From the NCBI GenBank assembly GCA_030059675.1, contig JANVYQ010000001.1, forward strand, positions 32,001 to 96,000: a stretch of DNA of 64,000 nucleotides, written 5' to 3'. The stretch's first letter is position 1. Each line of letters begins with the position of its first letter. The stretch comes from Candidatus Pelearchaeum maunauluense (GTDB lineage Archaea; Thermoproteota; Nitrososphaeria_A; Caldarchaeales; Caldarchaeaceae). A program made the translations under genes and the position numbers. The notes below the pieces were generated by a model. The model was not told the origin of the DNA, made no database searches, and worked only from the letters and a program-made list of their open reading frames with translations. Shown here one piece after another: positions 1 to 8,438 of the stretch.

Positions 1-378
1 GAGGCGATAAAGAGCGGCTGGATACAGCGCGAGATACATGAGAGCGCCTACGCGCATAATATGGCTATGAACAGCGGCGAGATGGTTATCGTTGGTGTGA
101 ATAAATACGTGCATGAGGGCGAGAAGCCGATTAACATACTCAGGATTGACGAGAAGGTGGAGCTTCACCAGCGCGAGCGCCTCAAACGTCTTCGCGAGAG
201 ACGGGATACAGCAGCAGTAAAGAATGCCCTTGAAAATCTACGTAAAGTCTTTGAAGACCCCGATGCAAACTGTATGCCAGCGATAATAGATGCTGTAAAG
301 AAGTATGCTACGCTGGGCGAGATAATGGACGTGGGGCGCGAGGTCTTTGGGACATGGCCGGAGCCCAGAATACTATGA
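1..378 (+). CDS. Methylmalonyl-CoA mutase family, large (substrate-binding) subunit, 3' part
   Basis: Frame open from base 1: EAIKSGWIQREIHESAY...IVGVNKY...NCMPAIIDAVKKYATLGEI, typical of the C-terminus of archaeal MCM alpha subunits. Confidence 0.85.
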   Translation, partial: EAIKSGWIQREIHESAYAHNMAMNSGEMVIVGVNKYVHEGEKPINILRIDEKVELHQRERLKRLRERRDTAAVKNALENLRKVFEDPDANCMPAIIDAVKKYATLGEIMDVGREVFGTWPEPRIL

Positions 379-385
379 TGCGCCC

Positions 386-1201
386 ATGTACGTTGAGATT
401 AGCGCTGGGAGGATAAACACAGTAACAACAGGCGGAGAAGGGCCTGTTGTTGTTTTTCTTCACGGAATACCAACCCATTCCTACCTATGGCGCAACATAA
501 CAAGCCTACTTCCTAGTTTTAAGACGGTATTGATAGACCTGCTCGGCTATGGTTATTCAGATAAGCCTAGCGATAAGAGCCTCTCGCTGACCTCGCAGGC
601 TGGCTATGTAGCTGAGGTCTTGTCAAAGCTCGGCGTGGGGTCTGCGCATATAGTTGGGCATGACATAGGCGGCGGAGTAGCCCAGATACTCGCGGTGAGC
701 AGGCCAGAGCTAGTTAAGTCCCTCATCTTGATAGACTCTGCTGGTCTTGACTACTGGCCCATACCAGAGATAGCGCGGCTGAAAGACCCTGCGTGGGATA
801 GGATTGTGGAGAGGATAGACCTGCGTGAGGGCTTTATGCGGGGTTTCATGAAGGGGATGGTTAGGAAAGAGAGGGTTAACGACGAGCTGGTGGGCGAGTA
901 TGTTAGACCCTTCGCAGACTTGGAGGGGAGGCGCGCATACCTGAGGGTTGCACGCGCCCTAGATTTCCGCGACACGATGAAGATAGCCGATGACCTAAAG
1001 AAGCTGGAGAAGCCAGCCCTACTCATCTGGGGAAGCGAAGACGATTACATACCGCCGCGCAGAGGTGAGCAGCTTAAACAAGCAATCAAAGATGCCAAGC
1101 TTATTCTACTCAGCGACGCTGGGCATTTCTCACCAGAAGACCAGCCCGAAGCTATAGCCGCGATAATACGCGGCTACGTAGAGATACTGGAAAGACGATA
1201 A
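386..1201 (+). CDS. Alpha/beta fold hydrolase
   Basis: FLHGIP, DLLGYGYSDKP, GHDIGG nucleophile elbow, WGSED, AGHF; ATG at 386 chosen as start. Confidence 0.9.
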   Translation: MYVEISAGRINTVTTGGEGPVVVFLHGIPTHSYLWRNITSLLPSFKTVLIDLLGYGYSDKPSDKSLSLTSQAGYVAEVLSKLGVGSAHIVGHDIGGGVAQILAVSRPELVKSLILIDSAGLDYWPIPEIARLKDPAWDRIVERIDLREGFMRGFMKGMVRKERVNDELVGEYVRPFADLEGRRAYLRVARALDFRDTMKIADDLKKLEKPALLIWGSEDDYIPPRRGEQLKQAIKDAKLILLSDAGHFSPEDQPEAIAAIIRGYVEILERR

Positions 1202-1216
1202 CAGCCCTTCCCTCCT

Positions 1217-1828
1217 TTACGCGATGCTGCTTCTCTTCCGCAGCTTCTGCTTAAAAGCCTCTAGACATTCAGGGCTTGAGAAATAGTAGCGGCCACCATC
1301 AATATACTCGACCAAGGGCTTCTCCACAATAAGGGCTTTACAGAAGTCGCACCTCACGTTTAGCGCCATATCCTCGTTGAGCAACGGGCTAGTCTCCTCC
1401 TTGTGCGTGTCCATGACAACTAGACACTCTATATCGTCCAGCCCATCTATATGTGAGAGTTTGTTGGATATGAATGACGTAACCTCATGCAGGCCGTTTA
1501 CCTCTATCACCGCCATCAAGCTGTATTTTCCGCTTACAGCATGTAGTTCGCGCACCTCCTCTATCGCTGCCAGTTTCTCAGCTGTTGATGCTAGAGCCTG
1601 TGGCGCGGCCTTGATAAGAGGCACGGCCCTAGTCTTCTCCAGAAGCTTTGTCCTATCTATGACGGCGGTAAACCTCTTTATCACTCCAAGCTCCTGCAGC
1701 CTTTCCAGACGGGATTTAACGGTTGGAATGCTTACATGAAGTTTCTCCGCTATATCCTTATACTGCGCTCTTCCATCCTCAAGAACAATCTTCAATATCT
1801 CCACGTCAAGCCTATCAAGTTTAACCAT
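1217..1828 (-). CDS. Lrp/AsnC-family transcriptional regulator with C-terminal TRASH metal-binding domain (CopT/CopR-like)
   Basis: N-terminal LDRLDVEILKIVLEDGR HTH, AsnC ligand domain, C-terminal CDFC...YYFSSPECL. Confidence 0.85.
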   Translation of the reverse strand: MVKLDRLDVEILKIVLEDGRAQYKDIAEKLHVSIPTVKSRLERLQELGVIKRFTAVIDRTKLLEKTRAVPLIKAAPQALASTAEKLAAIEEVRELHAVSGKYSLMAVIEVNGLHEVTSFISNKLSHIDGLDDIECLVVMDTHKEETSPLLNEDMALNVRCDFCKALIVEKPLVEYIDGGRYYFSSPECLEAFKQKLRKRSSIA

Positions 1829-1895
1829 GATGCCGAATCCACTAAATCTTTACAATATTCCCAGTAAGATAAAAACATGCACCATGGAAGAAATG

Positions 1896-2609
1896 CTAGC
1901 TCGCGGCTTTCTGCAAGGCGTATCTAAGGAGGGTAGAAGATACTGGGCCATCGCTCCTAAGTATTATTCTCCCATCAGACCCTATCACGAACGTTGTATC
2001 TACGTAGCGGAGTTGATAGAGCTTAGTAAGCCCATAGTTATCCAATACTAGTAGCCATGAGTCAGAGCCGTAGGAATCTATAAAGCGTGTAAGGTCTTTT
2101 CCCGTCTCTGGCGGAGGAGCGCCAGGCTTGTTTAGAAGCCCTAAATCCTTTAGGATGGGCTCCGTCCACATATCCACCACTATCACAACCGTATCCTGGT
2201 CTTGGTTGTCTCTAATTATTGGTCCCACCACAGCGCATGAAGGGCACCAAACAGCCATAAACCACAACACCACTTTCCTCCCTCTAAACTCCGAAAGGGA
2301 AAACTCCTCCCCATCTAATGTGCGAACGGTAAAATCTGGCGCTATCATCCCCTCTTGGGGTCCTTCACCACTTTGTGTCGTGTAGCTCGTTAAGACGGTG
2401 AAAGCATTTGTAGAGCTGCTGGATGTCTGGTTTTGAAATACTACTAACGTCGTGATTATTGCTATTACTACTAGAGCTATTACCGTTCCTGGCACTATTT
2501 TACGGGTTATATAATATTGATAGTGCTTGTTCTTTATGTGCTGTTTTAACGCGCTCTCAGAGTGGAAGGCGCTTCCACATTTTTTACAACGTATTTTCCC
2601 TTTCGTCAT
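1896..2609 (-). CDS. Membrane-anchored TlpA/ResA-like thioredoxin with N-terminal C2H2 zinc finger
   Basis: CKKCGSAFHSESALKQHIKNKH; one TM helix; APDFTV...FSLSEFRG...WCPSC. Confidence 0.8.
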   Translation of the reverse strand: MTKGKIRCKKCGSAFHSESALKQHIKNKHYQYYITRKIVPGTVIALVVIAIITTLVVFQNQTSSSSTNAFTVLTSYTTQSGEGPQEGMIAPDFTVRTLDGEEFSLSEFRGRKVVLWFMAVWCPSCAVVGPIIRDNQDQDTVVIVVDMWTEPILKDLGLLNKPGAPPPETGKDLTRFIDSYGSDSWLLVLDNYGLTKLYQLRYVDTTFVIGSDGRIILRSDGPVSSTLLRYALQKAAS

Positions 2610-3195
2610 GAATCCTCACGACGTCTCTATAGCTTAGGAAGAGGTTTAAGGCGAGTATAGCCGCGGCCAATATTGTCAGCAACCTGCCGTAGGGGAGGAA
2701 GATACCTGACCATAACCCCCCAGCTCCCACCGCAAACAATAGAGTGAATACCAATCCGCTTCCGCAGCATGAGAAGACGGAGAAGAATGAAGGGATGACT
2801 GCTAGAAATGGTGCTTTATTGTTGGCTCTTCTGCATGTAGCGTGGCGTAATCTATAGGTCATGGCCGCTATGTTCATGCTGAACAACAAAGTAAGGGCAA
2901 CTACAGCCAGACTCGCTTCTAAGTTTATGGAAAACATCCAGTACTTGTCTATATAGATAATTAGCCAGGGAACCTGGCCTATCGGGCCTTCAAGTATAAC
3001 CTCGTAGCTTGGTGTCGGGAAGTCTTCTGGGAGCGGGTTTGGGGATGCGGCTAATATCCCAATACCGAATGCATAGGCTATGAAGAATGCGATAGCCGAC
3101 AGGGCTGCATATACCCTGCATCGCCTAAAACTCATGACAAGCCTTATGAATGATAGGAAGCGAGTAGCGGCGGCCATAGCGTCTGGATGTATCAT
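2584..3195 (-). CDS. Membrane protein with Cys-Cys pair (possible metal transporter)
   Basis: About 4 hydrophobic helices; FSCCGSG motif; divergent from merA. Confidence 0.6.
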   Translation of the reverse strand: MIHPDAMAAATRFLSFIRLVMSFRRCRVYAALSAIAFFIAYAFGIGILAASPNPLPEDFPTPSYEVILEGPIGQVPWLIIYIDKYWMFSINLEASLAVVALTLLFSMNIAAMTYRLRHATCRRANNKAPFLAVIPSFFSVFSCCGSGLVFTLLFAVGAGGLWSGIFLPYGRLLTILAAAILALNLFLSYRDVVRIHDERENTL

Positions 3196-3432
3196 AAATA
3201 GATATGCTAGATTAAAATTTCGGCTTAACGACCTAAAGACCTGAAACGTATTTTATTGCGCTCTATTCCTAGAATTAATAAAGCTTGCAGATTAGGAATT
3301 TACTTAATTTAACTGGATTGGCGAGATATTTTGTTGGGTTAATGTTCAGGGTCGGTTATCTTTCTGTTGTTTAACGGTTTTTGTCAAATAGCAGGATAGC
3401 CAGATTATACGTGTTAAGAGTGGTGTGATGTT

Positions 3433-4851
3433 ATGAAGCGTTATGATTATACGATAGTTGGTGGTGGTGCGGCTGGCTTCTCAGCCGCTATCAAGCTCTC
3501 AGAGCTAACTGAGGGTAAGGCGTCAATAGCGTTGGTTAATTATGGGAAGCTCGGCGGCACATGCGTTAACGTTGGCTGCGTCCCCTCAAAATACTTGATA
3601 GAGGCTGCCAAACTTTATCATGAGGGTAGAGAGAGCCGTTTCCCAGGTATAGGGGTATCCACTAGGCTTGATTTCAAGGCCTTGATGAATGACCTTAGAC
3701 GTTTTGTAGCCCAGTTACGTTCAGAGAAGTATGAGCAGGTTTTACAGCATTATGGTAATGTTGAGGTTTTCCACGGTAAGGCCAGCTTCACAAGTAGTGG
3801 AGCGCTCCAAATAGCGGCTGACGGCCAGCAGCTTGAAGTGGGCGCTGAGAAGTATCTAATAGCAACTGGCTCGCGGCCTGTGCCCCCACCCATAGAGGGA
3901 ATAAACAAGGCAGGCTACTTAGATTCTGATAGGATATGGTCTCTTGAGGAGCAGCCAGAGTCTATGCTCGTCATAGGCGCTGGCGCTATAGGGCTTGAAA
4001 TAGGGCAGGCCATGCTGAGGCTTGGAACTAAGATACACCTCGTAGAGGTTATGGACAGAATACTACCAGGCGCCGAGCCTGAAATATCAGATACCTTATA
4101 CAGGGTTCTAAAGCAGGAGGGTATGGATATTCATCTTAAGACGCGGATAGCGCGTATAGCCACTGATAATGGGAGGAAGAGGGTTAGCATACTAACGCAT
4201 GAGGGGGAGAAGTCCATCATTGTTGATGAGGTTTTGGCCGCTGCGGGTAGAAGAGCCAACACAGAGTATCTGAATTTGGATAAAGTCGGCGTAGAGCTTG
4301 ATGGTAGAGGGTTCGTGAAGGTTGATGATGGCATGAGGACATCAAACCCGCGGATATATGCCGCTGGTGATGTAATCTCTAAGAAGCTTATGCTTGAGAC
4401 GCTCTCAGCCCGCGAGGGTGTTGTGGCAGCGATAAACATGACAGGTGGGCACGCCGCTATTGACTACTCAGCGGTACCAGTAGTAACATTCACAGAACCA
4501 CAGGCGGCGTTTGTGGGTATGAGCGAGCAGGAAGTCTCGGAGAAATACGGCGCGTGCTCATGTAGGGTTCTCAAGATGGAGGACGTCCCAAAAGCTAGGA
4601 TAACGCGCAATACTGAGGGGCTCATCAAGATAGTGATACACCCATACACGGGGAAGATAGCTGGGGTACACGCCCTTTCGGCAAACGCGGCAGAGTACAT
4701 AATCGCCGCCGCATATATGCTGAAGACAGGCCAAAGGGTGGAGGATGTCATAGATACGATTCATGTCTTCCCGTCATTCGCCGAGGCCATGAAGCTGGCC
4801 GCGACAGCATTCACAAGGCCAGTTGAGTTCATGCCATGTTGCATGGAATAA
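3433..4851 (+). CDS. merA: Mercuric reductase (no N-terminal NmerA domain)
   Basis: GGGAAG FAD motif, GGTCVNVGCVPSK redox disulfide, C-terminal PCCME cysteine pair. Confidence 0.93.
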   Translation: MKRYDYTIVGGGAAGFSAAIKLSELTEGKASIALVNYGKLGGTCVNVGCVPSKYLIEAAKLYHEGRESRFPGIGVSTRLDFKALMNDLRRFVAQLRSEKYEQVLQHYGNVEVFHGKASFTSSGALQIAADGQQLEVGAEKYLIATGSRPVPPPIEGINKAGYLDSDRIWSLEEQPESMLVIGAGAIGLEIGQAMLRLGTKIHLVEVMDRILPGAEPEISDTLYRVLKQEGMDIHLKTRIARIATDNGRKRVSILTHEGEKSIIVDEVLAAAGRRANTEYLNLDKVGVELDGRGFVKVDDGMRTSNPRIYAAGDVISKKLMLETLSAREGVVAAINMTGGHAAIDYSAVPVVTFTEPQAAFVGMSEQEVSEKYGACSCRVLKMEDVPKARITRNTEGLIKIVIHPYTGKIAGVHALSANAAEYIIAAAYMLKTGQRVEDVIDTIHVFPSFAEAMKLAATAFTRPVEFMPCCME

Positions 4852-5104
4852 ATAATCCTAACTCTCAATACTTTCTTGGGAAAACCTCTCCAGCCTACGA
4901 ATCTCAGCGTATCCAATCTCCGTGTCTCGTTTCTTATAACAGTCAAGATCAGCCGTATGGTCTTGCGACGTCATTAAACGCTCACCCATCGGGAAGAACA
5001 TTAGCTCTTCCTGGTCGAAATAATCTGTTAAGTGGAGACTCTAACCATGTTTGTTATGAGTGGTGTTAATGTTTATATAAGTGATTGTATATTAGATTGA
5101 TTGC

Positions 5105-5368
5105 TTGGCTTCTAAGATTCCTTCTTGGATTCAGAAGTTTCTTCTGCCCGAGCTTGAGTCTGTAAAGGGCGAGCTTAAAGCGATTAACACTCGTATAGAG
5201 GAACTTGACAAGAGGATTGAAAGACTTCGTAATGAGATGATAGCCCGGTTCGAAGCTGTAAATAGTCGGATAGACTCTCTTGATAAGAGATTGGATGTTG
5301 CGGAAAGACTTGCAGTAATCGAGGCTAAGCTGAGAGAACATGATGAGATCCTGGAAAAGATAGCATAA
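5105..5368 (+). CDS. Small coiled-coil hypothetical protein
   Basis: 87 aa with heptad pattern (INTRIEELDKRIERL, VNSRIDSLDKRL). Confidence 0.7.
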   Translation: MASKIPSWIQKFLLPELESVKGELKAINTRIEELDKRIERLRNEMIARFEAVNSRIDSLDKRLDVAERLAVIEAKLREHDEILEKIA

Positions 5369-5506
5369 AACCTAAAACAAGTTATTACTAATTTTCACAT
5401 TATAGATCAATTAAAACCCGCTCTACCAAGTTTCTTATGTTTGGCGTTTATCTGCTTCATTTCTTATGCATGTGGGGTTCCGTTAACTTATTGTTGGTAT
5501 AAGTAT

Positions 5507-5628
5507 AAATTACGTTTTGGGGATATGTGAAGTTTGCGATAGCAAATTTGGGCGAGCGCAGCGAAGCCACATATCCTCCTGCTAAGTGACCCTGATAGGG
5601 GCAAGGTGCGAAGCACCGCAGAGTGCCC
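5507..5628. repeat. Nested inverted-repeat element, attC/REP-like
   Basis: GGATATGTG (5521-5529) / CACATATCC (5568-5576) perfect IR enclosing hairpin AAGTTTGC-GATA-GCAAATTT; second stem GGGCA...TGCCC enclosing GGTGC-GAA-GCACC. Confidence 0.6.
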
Positions 5629-5669
5629 GCCGTCGCCACATTCACTCATTTCTACCATCTCCTATGAGT

Positions 5670-6600
5670 TTTACTTGATAATCTTTTCAAGAAAGATGAC
5701 TTTAACAAACAGGAACCGAAATTATAAAACATCTTTATTTTGAAATTTTAACAAAAATAAAAATCTGTGATAATGTTTGCGGTTCAGGGAGTTTTCTGAT
5801 TGCTGCTGGAGATGTTTTACTCAGATTATATAGCAGAGTTCTTAAAATATTAGAAGATAATCTTAGCGATGACAAAGAGGTCAAAGAAGTTTTAAAAGAC
5901 ACCAGGAAATCCCCAACTAGAACCTACTACATTGTTAGGCAAATAATTGTAAACAATCTTTACGGCGTTGACATAATGGAAGGCGCTGTTGAAATTGCTA
6001 AACTAGGATTTTGGCTCTGGTTAATTTCTCAGGTTAATCCAAAAAAAGTTGAGGATAAAAAATTGAAACATTACCAAACTTAGACTTCAACTTAATGGTT
6101 GGTAACACCTTGATAGGATTTGTTAATATCGAAGATGTAGAATCTGATCTTATACCAGTAAGACCTAAGAAAAAGCGGGAAAATCTTAAAACCAAACAAT
6201 ATTTAATAACCACATGGACTGATAAAGAGAAAACAAAATGGTTGAAAGAGCTGGCTAAATAAAAACAAAAATTCAAAACATTGCCTGCACAAGAAGCAGT
6301 TAAATTAAAAGAGGAGCTAAATAAAGATCTAGAAAAAGCAAGAGAAATTTTCAATGAAAAGTTCTACAATATGTTAAAGTCTAAAGGAATTAAGATTTCT
6401 AGGGAAGAATTTTTGAAATTAAAACCTTTCCACTGGGGATTTCGAGTTCTATGAAGTTTTCGCTTTAGAGAAAACAAAAGAAAGAGGGTTTGATATAATG
6501 ATTGGGAATCCTCCATATGGAAATACTTTGAATGAAATTGAAAAAATAACTACAAGGAATATATATAAATTCGAAAGTACTTTCCCGAACAAGGAATCGG
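5670..6600 (+). pseudogene. Type IIG (Eco57I-like) restriction-modification N6-adenine methyltransferase fragment
   Basis: Pieces KICDNVCGSGSFL (motif I), NLYGVDIMEGAVEIAKL, LPNLDFNLMVGNTL, PFHW, GFDIMIGNPPYG (motif IV) are separated by frameshifts (about 6060 and 6437) and a stop; ends approximate. Confidence 0.85.
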
Positions 6601-6605
6601 TGCTA

Positions 6606-6691
6606 CCTTCAATTCTCTTTTTGAGGTTCTAGTTAAAACAGTGATTGTCCCGACGAGCGTTATCGTTCTTTCAATTCTCTTTTTGAGATTC
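6606..6691 (-). CRISPR. CRISPR relic: 2 repeats (24 nt) and 1 spacer (38 nt)
   Basis: Repeats 6668-6691 (GAATCTCAAAAAGAGAATTGAAAG on minus) and 6606-6629 (GAACCTCAAAAAGAGAATTGAAGG, 2 mismatches); ATTGAAAG 3' end typical of crenarchaeal repeats; next to cas fragments. Confidence 0.85.
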
Positions 6692-7185
6692 ATGAAGATG
6701 TAAATCCATGTTCGCATGCTGAATTTATTATAACTGAGGAGATCCTTCCTGAGCTTATTGGGGGTTTAAGAAGAGGTGGAGAAGGAGCTTACCTCAAAGT
6801 CGTTAATGAATATTATGAAGAGTTATTGCCTGAGGTCGAAGATAAGGTGAAGAAAACGCAAAACTGTACAGAGAAAGCATTAGATAACCATGAATTCTTT
6901 TACCGCGTTAAAACATACTCTCCTGAAAAAATACTAGGCAGAGAGCTAAGTTGTTTAGCTATCCCTAAATGTTATGCCGATAAAGTGATGCAGCTTAGGG
7001 AGAAAATGAAACGCGAAGATTGTAGAAGAAAGAGAGAGTTATTGGCACGTTTGAAAGGTTACCTCATCTCTGTTCCTCATTATATAATCGAAAATGATGG
7101 AAGATGGGATGAGGAGCTCGGTCTTCCTATCGTCGGCCTTAAACGTTACACATATTCACCGCAAACAGGGCTTGTTAAGGGTTGA
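6692..7185 (+). pseudogene. Probable cas3 helicase C-terminal fragment
   Basis: Frame open from the repeat edge: ...ITEEILPE...YLKVVNEYYEEL...LISVPHY...YTYSPQTGL; resembles Cas3 C-termini; lies between a CRISPR repeat and cas6. Confidence 0.55.
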
Positions 7186-7421
7186 AGTGATTTTCCCCAC
7201 TATATATTTTGGATGATGTCATAGACTGCTTTCGTAAGGTGAGCGACAGCGTGAATTACGATATTGTAAAGCCATATATGCCCTCTTCCAGTTATTTTTA
7301 TAAGCTCTGTATGCACTTTCACGCCGATGGCTTAAAAGCATATTCTGGATCGCTTATTTAAGGAATTTTTTATTGAAATATCTATGATTCACAGGTAGCT
7401 CTTCAATTCGGGTTTGAGGTC

Positions 7422-7983
7422 TTGCCAATCGATGTTCTGGGAATCCTGCTCGAATGCAGCTCTAATCTAAATCCCATTTACTTTTCAGGATTTCATCTTA
7501 GGGGGCTTTTCTATAAGGTTTTGAGGTCTTTTGACCCGGGTTTCGCTGGATGGCTTCATGGTTTTAGGGGTTTGGCTCCATTCTCTATCTCTCCTCTAAT
7601 GAAGATCGATTCAGGCACGTATATCTTCAGGATAACATCGTATTTGACCAAGCTTAGCGATGCCTTGATCAAGGCATTCTCCAAGACTGATGATGTTGAG
7701 CTATTGAATAGGAGATTTAGGGTTGTTGAGATCTCTTATAAGAGGTTGGATCTTGAGAGGTTTATGAGGGATTCCGTGCCTTATACGAGGTATGAGCTCG
7801 ACTTCCTATCCCCTACATGCTTTAGGAGACCATGCCCATATATCCCCCTCCACCTCATGGGATTCCTGGCAAGGATTATGAAGTTTATCGGTAGACCGAG
7901 ATCCCATTATAGGTTCCTGCCCCTGCCGGAGCCTATCCTAATGTTGAGAAATCTTAGGAGGCAGTGGCAGCAGTATGCTGGGT
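7422..7983 (+). pseudogene. cas6: CRISPR-associated endoribonuclease Cas6, C-terminally truncated
   Basis: GFHLRGLFY...WLH...PFSISPL...LDFLSPTCFR...PLPEP..L..L..QW; the terminal Gly-rich loop is missing and the ORF tail runs antisense into the hemerythrin gene. Confidence 0.8.
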
Positions 7984-8377
7984 TTATGTGCTACCGTAGC
8001 AGCTCAATATACTCCCTGCATAGCTCTAGAACTTTATGAGCATCAACCCTACCTTCCTCATACTCTCTTATGGTGCTCTCTATCTGCCTAATGAGCGCCC
8101 TACCAGCCTCATGCTCCCTCAATATCACCTCAATAGGACCACCTGCGCGACGCATACCCCGCGTCTCAAAACAGGGCAACAAACAACCCTCCTCCTTCCC
8201 ATGATGGTATCTATCAACATAAACACTGCTGAACTCTAAGACCCTAACTATAAAACTAACCTCAATAGCTCTAGGAGAATTTTTCCAGAAGTTGATTCTT
8301 TCCTCTAAAGCATTTAGTATGCGCAAGATAAATGTATGCTCTCGCCTCAATTGTGTAGAGGGAGAGTCTTTACTCAT
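7983..8377 (-). pseudogene. Hemerythrin (HHE) domain protein with premature stop, truncated
   Basis: LRREH, HHGKEEGCLLP, GPIEVILREHEAGR; ends LLR*HIN (TAG just before the conserved His), last HxxxE helix lost. Confidence 0.8.
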
Positions 8378-8438
8378 ATAGGGATAAATGCATAAAGGGG
8401 AGAGAGTTAAGTTTTCATGACGGAATCATTAATGATTT

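Noticed and set aside
3196-3432. ATTCCTA...TAGGAAT inverted repeat as mer operator
   Set aside because: Only 7 bp in AT-rich DNA; could be chance
6034-6354. 106-aa minus-strand ORF
   Set aside because: Antisense shadow of the R-M pseudogene
7190-7340. Possible cas3 HD or other cas fragment between the cas3 relic and cas6
   Set aside because: No convincing motif in any frame
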